A stretch of DNA of 63,676 nucleotides, filler included, from Chiloscyllium plagiosum (lineage: Eukaryota): the NCBI RefSeq assembly GCF_004010195.1. It is 3 parts of one record of this genome, joined end to end, with 100 filler letters (N's around TTAATTAATTAA, not from the genome) between each part and the next. Parts side by side here need not be neighbours in the genome. Positions count along the whole stretch, not along the records: positions 1 to 27,333 come from NC_057710.1; 2 more parts are not named here. One strand, written 5' to 3'. Positions 11,671-24,715 of this stretch are shown here, one piece after another. The notes beneath the pieces are model-generated. The model saw only the letters and a list, made by a program, of their open reading frames with translations. It was not told the origin of the DNA and ran no database searches. Both the position numbers and the translations under genes were made by a program. Each line of letters begins with the position of its first letter. The stretch's first letter is position 1.

Positions 11671-13846
11671 GTGAATTTGCAGCATCTAAATTCCCTGTGG
11701 GGGTGGGAGAAAAAAATGGAAGTGGTACACAAGTGGGGTTAGTTAGAGTTTTAATTACATATAAATGCATGAAACTGCGATAGTCATCATTCAACAGTAA
11801 AATTCTGCAGTTGCTATTTAAGTCCTAAAAGGAAAATTGGGAAAATCGAGAATCAGAATTTATTTCATTCTCACCATATTTTCTGACATTTCATGCTATT
11901 ACGTTCCCCATGTTCTGCTGATGTTATTTGAGTGATGGAGATTGCAGAACTCTTTGATGCGGCAGATCTGGGTGACCTAGAGCATGAAGAGCAAAAGGTT
12001 GGTATGAAAATACAATTAATTTGGAAAACTAATCAGATATTATCATTTATTGAAAGGGGAATGAAAATTATGGAGGTTATACTTCAGTTATACATGTTGT
12101 TGATGAAGTCACAGCTAGCGTGCTGTGTACAGTATTCATCCCCTTTTTAAGGAGATAAGTAGAAGTATTGAAAGTCATTCAGAGCATGTTTACCAGACTA
12201 ATATTTGGAAGAAGTAGATTGTTTTTGGTGTCTCAACAATATTGTCATATAGCATACAATTTTCAGCAAATAGTCACCACTATTTTCACACTAAAGCTTC
12301 CTGCTTTGACTCAAGAGAGATGGCCACACTCGTTTCTTTATGGAAAATTTCTGTGCAGCCAATAGATGCTATTTCCCAAGATCTGGTGTTTTGCCCCTGA
12401 AACAAACTGCCAGCTAAACTCACTATTAATCTATAACTTCGGAATGAATGCATGAGTTTCATTAGTCCCTGAAGTGGTCATGTTGGGGAAAAGACTGTTG
12501 TCCTCCTCCTTCTGGAATGTGCTTTTGCAAAGAAGACCTTGGAGAGAGATGCATTGTCAAAGTTCGTCCCGAGCAGCTATGTAATGCAAATTCTGTGCTT
12601 TACAAGCTGTACTCAGGGTCACACACCAAACAAACATCAACAGCCCCTGGAGGACCATCTCAGTCTGCCCAAAACCTTCTAGAGCAAGGAGATGTTCTTG
12701 ACTGAGTGTTACAGACTGGCAAATGCCAAGGTGTAGAACCATGTGCTGAGGAAAAGACTAAAGCTTGGGGCAGCCACTGCAGAGGCGCAATGGAGAAAGG
12801 TCCATGTCTTTTCAGTCATAGAGTATATCAAATAGTTGGAAACTGTAGAACACTTTGAGCTGCATATCTCACAAACAGTGTATGTATATTAGAAGATCAA
12901 GTATGCTGAAAATGTATTGAGCCACTTCAGAGTCAAACACAGAAAAGTTTATTTCTGTTAGCTTTTCATAATTTCCAGATTGCAATCTTTTGCCCTCACG
13001 TTGTATACCTGACATGCAATTATATCAAATAGAACATGCTTATGGTGACAAGTTGAATTTTATTGTGTTTTATTCACATTGCAATGTTTTGTAATGTATT
13101 TATTTTACAATGTTGAGGGAAATATGTTGACGGGGAAGCTGTTAACACCTCACTGGTGTACACCACAAAAAAGGCCATTGGCGACAGCAGCTTTGTGACC
13201 GAAGCCATGGCCAAAAATAAGAACCACAGCAACAGTTTCAGGGTTCATGTGTGACATTTGTTTGCTGCAGATCCATCATTTGTCATGGATGGAAGGGTAC
13301 TGACAACAAAGGATGAGGAAAATCAATTATGTGGAAGGAGTAGCTAGGATTGTTACTCTTTGAGCAAAAAATCTTAACATTGCGATTTAATGATAGTGTT
13401 AAAAATTATAAGACATTATGATAACGGTGGATGAATCCACAACAGAAGCAACAAATTTAAGATATCTGGTAAGGAACTAAAAGGAAGATGAGGTGAAGTC
13501 ACAAGCCTTTATGATTTGGAATACACTGCCTAGAAGAGAAGCAGATTTAATAGTGATGTTCAAAGTTAATTGGATACATACCTGGAAAGGAAATGGTAGC
13601 AGGACAATGGTGGAAGAACCAGGAGTGAGATGAATTAGGTAGCTCTTTCAAAGAGTCAGTGTATGCCCAAAGGATCAAATTACTTTGTGATGTGAGATAC
13701 TATGATTGCCAGAAGAAGTGTGATTGTTCCTTTAAGAGTGCTATTTTATACTTGTTTACAGACTGATGTGAAACACTTCACATTTGAACAGTTGATTTTT
13801 TTTTAGCAAGAAGGAGGAGGAGGAGCACAGTTACCTGTTTCAACAT

Positions 13847-14660
13847 TGTAGCATTATGGTCTAGGCTAGACCCCCTCAAAACATTTCATGAAAGTAACCC
13901 AGACTCTCACTTTGCTGGCCGTTTAAAACAGAGTTAAAAATCACACAACACCAGGTTATGGTCCAACAGGTTTATTTGTAGGTACTAGCTTTGAGAGCGC
14001 TGCTCCTTCATCAGGTAACCAGTGTGATTTTTAACTTTGTTGACCCCAGTTCAACACCAGCACCTCCACGTCATGTTTTAAACAAGTGAAATGTGACATT
14101 CCAGGTGTGTTGAGGCTGGTCAGACCACTTAGTTGTAAACAAAACAATTTATTTACAAGATTACCAAATGAAACACAAACAAAAGAGTACAGAATACCCA
14201 ATAACTTAATCTATCCAAAAAACCAACAAAGTATCCCAACTTATGGATGCTTGCAACAATCCCCAGAAACACCCCTTGGTACAAAAGGTAAAGTCAAACA
14301 CAGAGTTTTACAGGAGAGATGTCAGAGAGAGAGGGATCAGCGGGGACTGCTTCTTCCGTGTAGCTATTTCTTGGACCAGCAGCTTCAAACTGCCTGACTG
14401 CTTTCAATGAATAGCCAGATTGCCAAAACTAAATCAAACCAGAGAAAAGCTGAGCTGCGAGAACTCATCATTCCCCGTCATTGTCGAAGTGTTTTTTTTT
14501 AAGCTTAAAAGCATTTTGCCTGAGGTAGTATCTGTTAGCTATAATCAAATTGGCCCTAAAACCCATCCAAGCCCAGACTTTCTGAACCTGTGTTTTTAAA
14601 AGCTCCTGAAAAGAAAACCCAACGACAACATAACCTTGTTGAAGGAGCAGCATCATCACA
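13847..14660 (-). mobile_element. Possible solo LTR (TG...CA) hosting a PLE remnant
   Basis: Termini TGTAGCA...CATCACA and a minus-strand AATAAA. No clear TSD. Confidence 0.35.
13931..14074. mobile_element. Fold-back PLE remnant (family 2) with a mutated hammerhead
   Basis: Inverted ends GTTAAAAATCACAC and GTGTGATTTTTAAC; flanks GTTTAAAACA and GTTTTAAACA. Minus strand reads TAC-CTGATGA-A-GGAGCAGCGCTCT-CAAA-GCTA-GTA. Confidence 0.7.
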
Positions 14661-16139
14661 TTTGCTAATGTGTGCAAGGCAACTCAAGTAGCAAATGTTA
14701 CCATCTCTGATCTAACGCTGCAGAAAGAGGGAAATCATTCTTGGAGGCTGAGACACAAGGAGGTCACCTACAGCAAGGAGCTATATCATCTGCTGCACAG
14801 CAAATGGTGAGGGTGTGGCAGCAAATGATAGTTAATTGGCTACAAAATGATCCTTCCCACATCCTGAATGGTGTGAGTCAAGAGACATTTATAACATGGA
14901 TGAAAGTGGACTGTTTTGCCATCTTTTTGTCAGATTGTTTTCTGATGTTTAAAGGTGAAATGTGTAATGGTGGAAATTGGAGAAGGAATGTGTTTTTGTC
15001 TGTGCCAACATGGATGGTATCAAAATGCAAAGACCTCTTGTGAATCCAGTCCAAGAAACCACATTGTTTTGCAAATGTCAAGACATCACTCACACATTAT
15101 GAAGCTAAGAAAGGCACCTGGATTTGGAATATGTTTTGACGTAAGGCATAATTGCAGTCAGACTCAGTTACAGATGCACCTCCTCAGCAGCAACAAAGCT
15201 CTGTCTTCTATCAGTTATCCAATCATTTAATCTATTACCCTATCCACAACACTATGAGCTCCTCTGTTATTATGTAGCCTTATGTGTGATACCTTATCAA
15301 ATACCTTTTGGAATTCCAAATATACAACATCAACAGGTTTGGCATTTTCTATCCTGCTTGTTACCCTCTGAAAGAATTATAAGAAATTTGTCAGATATGA
15401 TTCTTCCCTCATTAAGCCATGCTGATCCTGTTTGAATGCATTTCTAAATCCTGTTTTCTCAGTTTTCCAATGGCCATATTTCCTAGAGAGCATCTGAAAG
15501 TTTCTGAATCTCTCTTTGAAGGGTGGCAGAATTGGCTTTAATGGCTGGATGGAGCTTGCTACCAATTATTCATAATTGTGAAACGTGTCTATCAATCTGC
15601 TTCATGCTTCGAGTCCCAATGCCTTAATGATGAGGTAAAATGGAGTAGAGAAGAAATACAAAGAAACAAATCTTGCAGTCAGAATCCAACTCGCTCATTA
15701 AAGGTCCTGTCCATTGTTGCCAAAGCACTGTTATTTATAAATCTGCCTGTCCAATCTCATAAAAATACATGGCAGAAACTTGTGATCCTAAATAGACATC
15801 ATTCTCAAATTCAGGGACAGCATTCAACACAGTCTGATATCATTTGGTACCTACATAAATGGGCTGCTACATGTAAACGTCAAGGTCATTGAATAGATGC
15901 AGCAAGACTAGAACAGTGTGGTTCCAGTAGCATCATTCAACTTTTAAACCAGGTCATCATTTTTGTGGCAAATCTCTGGAGCTGTCTTAGTTTCAATCTA
16001 ACATTACAATATCCAAGATAGCTTTATAGAACACCATGACTGAATTACCAAATGCCATTTTACCAGTCTGGGCAATTGTTTAACACACACCTTCTGTAGT
16101 TTGAAGAAGATTCAACCGGCATAGCTGATCTGGCATTGG

Positions 16140-17460
16140 ATCTCATTTGGTTTGATTTGATTTATTGTCACATGTATCTCGGTACAATGAAAAGTTTTGT
16201 TTTGCACACAGTACAGACAGATCATACCATACAAAGTGCATAAGGGTAATAGAACAATCTGAGATATTAAGAGTGTCTTTCAAGCATTATTTAGATGCTC
16301 CCTGGGAAACATGGTCATTTGAATGCTGAGGAACAGGATTTAGAAATACATTCAAACGGAGTCAGCAAAGCTTCATGAGGGGAAAATCATATCTGACAAA
16401 TTTGTTACAGTATTTTGAGGAGGTAACAAGCAGGATAGATAATGCCAAACCAGATGATTTTCAAAAGTTGTTAAGGATGCAAAGAAGGTCCACAAAAAGC
16501 AAGATCAACATTAAATTTGAAATTTGAGAGGTCCATTCAGAAGTGTAATAACATTGGGGAGGAAGCTGGTCATCAATCTGTTGATACATGTGTTTAACCT
16601 TTTGTTTCTTCTGCCAATGGAAGAGGTTGGAAGAGAATATACCTGGGGTGTAGAGGGGTCTTTGATGATGTTGGCTGCCTTCTCGAGACAGCGAGAAGTA
16701 TAAGTGGAGTCAATAGATAGGAGGCCAGTTTGTGTGATGGACGGGACTGTGTTCAGAACTCTTTGTAGTTTCTTACAGTCCAGAGCAGAGCAGTTGCTGT
16801 ACCAAGCCAAGATGCATCCAGACAGAATGCATCTGTAAAAATTGGTAAGAGTCTATATGAACATGCTGAATTTCCTTATCCTCCTGACAAAGAAGAGGTG
16901 TTGTTGTGCTATGGTATCAACATGGGTGAATGTGGACAGATTGTTGGTGATCATCACTTCTAGGAACTTGACGCTGTCGACCATCTCCACCTCCGCTCCA
17001 ATGACCAGCTATTTCATTTTGCTGACATTGAGGATTGTTGTCTTTACACCACACCACCATGCACTCTATCTCTTTCCTGTATTCCGTATCGCAATTGTTT
17101 GAAATCTAGCCTACAATGGTGGTGTTGTCAGCAAGCTTGTAGGTGGAACTAGAATGCAATTTGGCCAGACACTTATGAGTGTACTGGGAGTACAATGAGG
17201 GACTTTGCAGGGTGCTGGTGTTGAGGGTTGATGTGGAGTAGGTGCTACTGCCTATTCTTACTGATTGCGTCCTGTGGGTCAAGAAATCAAGAATGCAATT
17301 GAGCGCTGACAATAAAATGCAGCCTGCTGCTCCTCTGTGCATTCCCTTGTGCCAAACAAAGTGCCAAAATGCAGAAGGCAGAGCTGAGACCTAGGTCTTG
17401 GAGCTTGAAAATTAGTTTGGCTGGCATGTCCCAGGAATGAGTACAGGGCCAGGGAGATGG
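16140..17460 (-). mobile_element. Rex1/Babar-type LINE 3' half (decayed; CR1 piece inserted at ~16270-16480)
   Basis: Minus-strand translations include CILDFLTHRTQSVRIG, YKLADNTTIVG (FADD-like) and WYSNCSALDCKKLQRVLNT...YTSRCLEKAANIIKDPS. A (TTTGA)n-type tail is present at ~16145-16165. Confidence 0.75.
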
Positions 17461-17727
17461 TGTCTGCCGTGGATTTCCTCATGGGTATTTGGCACTTTGA
17501 GAGAGAAAGAAGTTGCTGTGTGGAATGAAAGCTGCTGAGCACATTCCACATAAATAGGTGGTGGAATATTTAGCTGAAAAGGGTGGTGGCTGAGTTTGGT
17601 TGGAGTAATATTCAAAAACAGGCTAAGGTTTGCAAATGTAGAATCAATAAGATCAAAGTGATTGCAAATCTGGTATAGAACAGGTGATGACACTGGAATC
17701 ATCCATAAACTATAGATCATGTATGTA

Positions 17728-18005
17728 AAGGTGAGGACTGCAGATGCTGGAAACCAGAGTTTAGATCAGAGTGGTGCTGGAAAAGCACAGCAGCATCAGG
17801 CAGTCAGGCAGCATCAGAGGAGCAGGAGAGTCAATGTTTCAGGCAAAAGCCCTTCATGAGGAATAGAAGCAGGAAGCCTCCAGGGTGGAGAGATAAATGG
17901 GGGTGGGGGGCTGGGGAGAAGGTAGCAAAGAGTACAATAGGTGAATAGGGGTGGGGATGGAGGTGATAGGTCAGAGGGGAGGTTGGAGCGGATAGGTGGA
18001 AAGGA
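17728..18005 (-). mobile_element. PLE 3' terminal repeat (family 1)
   Basis: GTGAGGACTGCAGATGCTGG...TGCTGGAAAAGCACAGCAG...TTTCAGGCAAAAGCCCTTCATGAGGAA followed by a purine-rich tract. Same family as 48833-49155. Confidence 0.75.
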
Positions 18006-18029
18006 ATCCCTCAAAATTAAAAGTGAAAT

Positions 18030-20050
18030 GAAGTCATAATTATATAAACTTCTATAAGGTCATCCCTCAGCCTCTGATGCTCCAGGGAAAACAGTCCCAG
18101 CCTATTCAGCCTCTCCCTATAGCTCAAATCCTTATACCTTAGCAACATCCTTGTAAATCCTTTCTGAACCCTTTCAAGTTTCACAACATCCTTCTGATAG
18201 GAGGAAGACCAGAATTGCACACAAAATTCCAAAATTGGCCTAACCGATGTCGTCTGCAGTTGCAATATGACCTCCCAAATACTATACTCAATGGTCTGTC
18301 CAATGAAGGAAAGCATACCAAACACCTTCTTCACTATCCTATCTATCTGCGACTCCACTTTCAAGGAACTATGAACTTGCACTTCAAGGACTCTTTGTTC
18401 AGCAACAGTCTCCAGGACCTTACCATTAAATGTTTAAGTCATAGGGTCATAGATGTCTATAGCATGGAAACAGGCATTTCTGCCCAACTTCCTATGCCAC
18501 TCAATTTGCACAATTTAAACTTTCCCATTTATTTGTGTTTGGTCCGTATCCCTCCATACCTATCCAATCCATGTACCTGTTCAAATGTTTCTTAAATGAC
18601 GAAATTGTAGCTTCCATCGCTACCTCTGATGTGGAGCTGACGGTGCTGGACTGGGGTGGACAAGGTCAGACATCACACAAGACCAGGTGAAAGTCCAACA
18701 GGTTTATTTGAAATCACTTTTGGAGCACTGTTGGAGACAAACCAAATGACTGGAAATTCTTATACCTATCATGTTACTGCTGTCATTTGGGTTGATCTCC
18801 AGCACCATCTTATTTTTAAATTTTTGTGATTGTCTCCTTGCCTCAATTGATCAGATTGAGGTCATCCCTTGACTTGCTATTCAGCTGTTGGCACTTTACT
18901 CACACCGTCTGATGCTCTCGATTACCTGCAGAGACTTATTATTCAGCCTGTCGACACACAGTTCACACCATTTGTTTGATCTTTTGATCTCTCTGATTAT
19001 AAATTCTGTGCCTGTGTGCTTCTCTTTACTTCGTCTGCCGAAGGAGCAGCGCTCTGAAAGCTTGTGATTTCAAATAAACCTGTTGGACTATAACCTGCTG
19101 TTGTATGACTTCTGACCTTAACCACTACCTCTGGCAGCTTGTTCCAGACATTTATCACCCTATGTGTGTAAAACAAATTGTCCATCAGAACACCTTTGTA
19201 TCTCTCCCCTTTCATCTTAAGTCAATGCCGTCTAGTTTTAGACTCCCCTACCACAGGGAAAAGCTGTCCGCTATCTACCTTATCAATGCCTCTCATGATT
19301 TTATTTACCTCTATAAGATTACCCCTCAGTCTCCTACACACCAGGCAACAAAGTCCCAGCCTATCCAACCTCTCCTTATAACTCAAACCTTTCAGGCCGG
19401 GTAGCATTCTTGTAATTCTTTTCTGCACTCTTTATAGTTTAATAGTATCCTAGCAACAAGAACTGCACATGGTACTCCAAACGTGGCCTCACCAACACAT
19501 TGTACAGCTTCAACAAGCTGTCCCATCTCCTATACTCAATGATCCCACCAATGAAAGCTAGTTTGCAAAAGCCTTCTTTACCATCCTGTCTACCTGTGAC
19601 TGCATTTTCAAGGAGCTAAGAACCTGTACCCCTAGACCTCTCTGTTCTGTAACACTCTCCAGGGCCCTACCATTGACTGTGTAATTCCTGCCCTGGTTTG
19701 CCTAACCAACATGCAACACCATGCGTTTATCTGAATTAAACTCCACCTGCCATTGCTCAGCCCAGTGGCCCAGTTGATCAAGATTTCACTGCATTCCCAG
19801 ATAACCACCTTCAGTGTCCATTATACCACCCATTATGGAATCATCTGCAAACTTACTAACCAAGCCTCCTAAATTCTCATCTAAATCATTTATATTAATG
19901 ACCAAAAACAGTGGACCCAGCACCGATCCCTGTGGCATACTGTTGGTGACAGACCTCCAGTCTTAAAAACAATCCTCTACCACCACCTTCTGTCTTCTAC
20001 CGTCAATTTTGTATCCAGATGGCAGCTTTTGCTGGATCCCGTGAGATTTA
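18030..20050 (-). mobile_element. Two CR1/HER1 fragments (18030-18440 and 18440-20050), the second interrupted by a PLE
   Basis: ORFs 18017-18382 and 19222-19428 are CR1 RT C-termini. The reverse complement at ~19835-19935 encodes PQGSVLGPLF and KFADD. Confidence 0.9.
18629..19124. mobile_element. PLE family-2 insertion with an inverted terminal piece and 9-bp TSD
   Basis: CTACCTCTG occurs at 18620-18628 and 19125-19133. GTCCAACAGGTTTATTTGAAATCAC (~18693) is inverse to GTGATTTCAAATAAACCTGTTGGAC (~19064). A degenerate hammerhead is at ~19035-19066. Confidence 0.75.
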
Positions 20051-20269
20051 ATAGTCAGCAAAGTGATAGGTGCCACCAACAGTGCCATCAAGTAGCGCTT
20101 GCTCACTGACCCTCAGCCAGGCCCACTTACTCGCTGATCTATGGGGAAAAAGCAGAAAAGTGGAGTTTAGGATTTTTAGATCAGTCATCATCTCATTAAA
20201 TGGCGGAGCAGCTCAATGTCCCACTTCCACACCTACATCTTATTATAGAATCATGCTCATTACTTCCAT

Positions 20270-21030
20270 GCCCAAGCTTGACTCAAGGGGGGAAATGAAG
20301 ATGCCTGGCTTTGGCATCAAGGCAGCCTTTGACCAGATGTAGCCTGAAGGCGCCCGAGCAAAGCTAGTGTCAATAGGTTCACATCTAGAAATGATGGTTG
20401 GAGGTCACTCATCTCATTCATGGGTCATCACTGCAGAGGTCCCTACAGGACTATTCTAGGCCGAACCATCTTCAGCTGTATCACAATAACTTCCCTGCTA
20501 TCATATGGTCTGTGGGGGAAATATTCAAAGATGTTTGCATAGTGTTCAGCATATCGGCAACTTTTCAGATACTGAAGCAGCCCATGTCCAAATGTAGCAA
20601 GACCTGAACAACTTTCAGACTTAGACTGATGTGCAGCAAGTAACATTTATGTCACACAATTGTAGGCACTACCATCTCCAACACAAGAAAAACATTTATT
20701 GCCCCCTGATGTTCAGTGGCATTACCATCACTGAAACCTCTTACAACAACTATTGTTGTAAGGGTTACTGTTGTCCAGAAACTCAACTAGATCACCTGCA
20801 ATTTTGCCTCCAATCCACTCACCAGCCTGACTTGGAAATATAGCACCATTCCTTCAATGTGACTAAGTCAAAGTCATGAAATACCCTTCCTAACAGCATT
20901 GTAGATTTACCTATAGCAGATACCCTCAGCAGTTGGAGAAGCAACTCATCGCAATCTTCCCAACAGCAAGTAGAGATAGGCAATAAATACTGAGCTAGCC
21001 AGAGATACCCACATCCCGTGAATGAATGAA
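20270..21030 (+). mobile_element. Decayed CR1/L2-group LINE whose 3' tail is shared with the second SINE family
   Basis: GIKAAFDQM (LDxxKAFD-like) and a degenerate GVPQGSxLGP region. Tail GGGCAATAAATACTGAGCTAGCC...CCCACATCCC. Confidence 0.6.
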
Positions 21031-22301
21031 ATCAGTTTTGAAATATTATAATTGCAGCAGAAGAAAGGCAATGCAGGATCGCATTAGGTGAAGCAGTTCA
21101 GTGTGGGATGTGGAAATCACAGCTTGAGCTGAAAATATAAGAGGAAGTGGCCACTAGTAGTCTGAAAATGGAATCTTCCACAAAGTCAGGAAGTGTCAAA
21201 GTGTTTTACAGGCTATGGAAGTATTATTAAAGTATTGTATTGTTAGATACACCAAATCCAATTTTAAAAAAAGCAAAGCCCCAGAAACAACACTTTAATG
21301 ATGTAGTTAAGGGATGTGTATGGACCATGGAAAATTATTTTGAAATATTGACATTCATTCTTTTGTATCCAGATATATTCTCAGTTTAACACCATGTCCA
21401 GCAGTCCAGCACTCCACTGAAATGTCAGCCTAGAATTTGGCACTCAAGCTTCTTTAGGATGGGACTTAAATGTACCCAGAGCTCAGAGTGCTATCCATGG
21501 AGAGCCAACTGCACCACGGAGTGAGGCTGTGTGGGCTGGCTCAGGATCTGGGTTTATACCTTCATGCTACCACAAGCCAGGGTTGTCGGTCTTAAAATGA
21601 ATCAGATAGGATCTACCTTTTTTATTAATGTTGCTTCATACTTTTTTTTAAGACCCGATGTTCACAGAGGACTAAACCTGTAACCACACACCTTGAAAAT
21701 GTAAAATCGATATTGCAGGCTGGGGTTTATTTGCAATAAAGTCAGAAAACAGAAATTATGTTTAGTCAATTCATAAAGAGGAACACCTCCTAAGAGCAGA
21801 GTTTCCAGATTACTTGTATATTTCAAGTGACTTGCAAGGATTTGAGTCAGCCTCCAAACAACATTTATGTAGTTATAGCAGAACTGCCTGGCACACACTG
21901 GGTTAGTTATTTTTAAATGTGTCTCTCTGAATTGGTTGGTGGTAGCACATACTTCCTTTTCAATACTTGCGTGAGCACAAAAGTGAAAAATTCACCAGAA
22001 CATGTCCAGTAATGTCCAGGAAGTCCAATAATGCATTGCAGAAATCAAAGTGTCTGTACTGAAAAGATCAGTTGTCCATGGCGATTGTACCTCAGTTTAT
22101 AATTTAAATAATTCTCTTTCAATAATGTGCTTATTTCACCCAAAATCTCAAGGTGGACAGAGAGAAAAATAACAGATAAAATGCATTTGCTAACACTTGC
22201 TAAAATTGGCCATTTTGTCATTTCCATTATAAGACACAGGTTGTGTGGTTTCAGCAATTTCTGTTTTGTTTATTAACTCACAGCAATTTTAACTTAAGGT
22301 A

Positions 22302-23234
22302 TGTGAGGAAAGCTCATGCATATATTGTTATTGTTGAGCTTGGATTTTAAAGTTGACAGAACTGTGTATGGCTTACATATAATTTGGATTTTGCTGTTAT
22401 GCATGTTACAAAGGGTAGGATCAAGTTTAATTTTTGAGCTTTGAGTGGTAAGTGGGGTCCAGAAGTCTATTTTCAAGCATTTAAATGAGACTGTGAGGCT
22501 AATAGTTCATTGCTTTAGAAAGAAATGAGGATCAAATGAAGAAAAAAGTCCGAGTCGATTTTGCCTAATGATACAGAAACAGAAACCAGTTCTTTTCCAA
22601 AGAGACAGCCATCCAGAATGTGTCTTTCAAACATTGTGCAGGTTTCTGTCATAGAGAACAATTCTATGGCACAAGGGTGCTGTTAGCTTAATAGCCTCCA
22701 GAGCAATAAGAGCAGGAGTAAGGAAGTCCTGAGGAGTCTAATGTCAGTAAGAGAATGCTGCAGAAAAAGAAAGTTGTGGAAAAGGAGTTTAAGGAATCCA
22801 TGTTGTGAGATCAGTGTTTAAGGATCTCAGGAATAAATATTGACTGAGAAAGAGTAAGACGTTTGTCTGAGAGAAGCCAAGTACAACTGTGCCAACTGAA
22901 CAAGGAACTTTGAAACAAAAACAGAGTGACCCTTCACTGAAGTTTGTGCATCTGGAAGATTGTAGTTGAGGATTAAAGTGTTGATTCGTTATTTCTGAGG
23001 TATGTAATAAAACGTTGTATAGTTTCTATATATTGTAAAGTTATTTTTTTTCCTTTTATGCATTATAAACTTTGATGTTCTTTTATTAAAAGTACATTAA
23101 TAGCGTTTTATGGAAATTTTCAGTAATTAACCACCACAGTAAACAAATAGCAAAGATAAAATGTTGGTCTATAAAGCCAAGTTTCATTCTGGCATTGGAC
23201 TTGCACAGTATTACCATTGGCTAGAATGATAACA
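22302..23234 (+). mobile_element. Possible solo LTR
   Basis: Termini TGTGAGG...GATAACA, internal AATAAA, and a 3' segment similar to 4540-4610. No TSD found. Confidence 0.35.
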
Positions 23235-23544
23235 TTTCTGTTTGTTAAACCAACATTGGTGCTGTGTTTTTCTTCTTGTATGAGCTTCTGTATGAGCTTG
23301 CCTGTGATGAGTACATTGATTTAAACCTCTCCATCTTTCTTTGAAAAACCTTTAAATAAACAAATTAAAAACAAATGTGGTACATGGCCATATTCCTTCT
23401 AATCATTTGACTGAGGCAATTCAATGCTTTTACTCATTTTATAATTCTGCCACAAATCCTAACCTCAAGCATATGATTTGAATTTACTAGAAATTGGCTA
23501 AATGTCATTTTCTGCAAGGCCTTGCAAATTTTCTCAGCCAATCG

Positions 23545-23885
23545 TAGAATCCCTATAGTCTGGAAACAAACCATTCAGCCCATCATGTTCACACTAAGTC
23601 TCTGAATAGCATCCCATCCAGACTTAGTCCACTACTCTTTCCTTGTAACTCTTCATTTCACATGGCTAAGCCTGCACATCCTTTGGCACGATTGGGCAAT
23701 TTAACACGGCCAATTAACCTAACCTGCAAATCTTTGAACTATGCGAGAAAACCAGAGCACCTGGAGGGTACTCCCAAGCATACATGGTAAAATGGGCAAA
23801 CTCCACATGGACAGTCACCCAAGGCTGGAATTGAATCTGAGTCCTTGGTATTGTGAGGCAGCAGTGCTAATCATTGTGCCACCCA
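23545..23885 (-). mobile_element. HE1-type SINE (older)
   Basis: Reverse-complement tRNA head (GGTGGCACAATGATTAGCACTGCTGCCTCAC), V-domain and CR1-like tail. Confidence 0.75.
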
Positions 23886-24074
23886 TCTCAATCTCAGGCC
23901 ATATTCTGGGATCCCTGCCACAGCATCATATTTAAACACCCATGGTGTACCTTGTCATATGCTGATAGTCTGGTGATGCCCTGCACAGCTGAAAACACTT
24001 GCCTCAGAAATGGCAGACAGAGAGAAATTGGCAGGAACCTGAGGTCCCAGTCTTCCATCATGCTAAATTGAATC

Positions 24075-24715
24075 ATTGGTCAGTAAGTTTGCAGATAACA
24101 CCAAAATTGGTGGTACAGTGGACAGTGAGGAAGGTTATCTAAGACTATAAAGAGATCTTGATCAATTGGGTCAATGGGATGAGGAGTGAGAGATGGAGTT
24201 TAATTTGGATAAATGTGAGGTATTGTATTTTGATAAGACAAACAAGGACAGGACTTATACAATTAATGGTAGAGCCCTTGGAAGTGTTGTAGAACAGAGA
24301 GACCTAGGGGTTCAGATACATAATTCTTTCACATTTGCGACACAGGTAGACAGGGTGGTTAAGGTGTTTAACACGCTTGCCTTCATTGCTCAGATCTTTG
24401 AGTATTGGAGTTAGGATGTCATATTGAGATTGTACAGGCCTCTTCTGGAATATTGTGTACAGTTCTGGTCACCCTGCTATAGGACGGATATTATTAAACT
24501 GGAGAGGGTTCAGAAAAGATTTACCAGGATGTTGCAGGGAATGGAAGGCTTGAGACATAAAAAGGACTGGAAAGACTGGGACTCTTTTCACTGGAGCTTC
24601 GCAGGTTGAGGGGTGACATTATTGAGGTTTATAAAATCATGAGGGGCTTAGACAAGGTGAATAACAAGGGTCTTTTCTCTCAGGTGTGGAGTTCAAAACT
24701 AGGAGAATTATTTTT
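24075..24715 (+). mobile_element. CR1/HER1 RT C-terminal fragment
   Basis: SKFADNTKIGG, MEFNLDKCEVLYF, LYRPLLEYCVQFWSP, LERVQKRFTRML. Confidence 0.92.
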
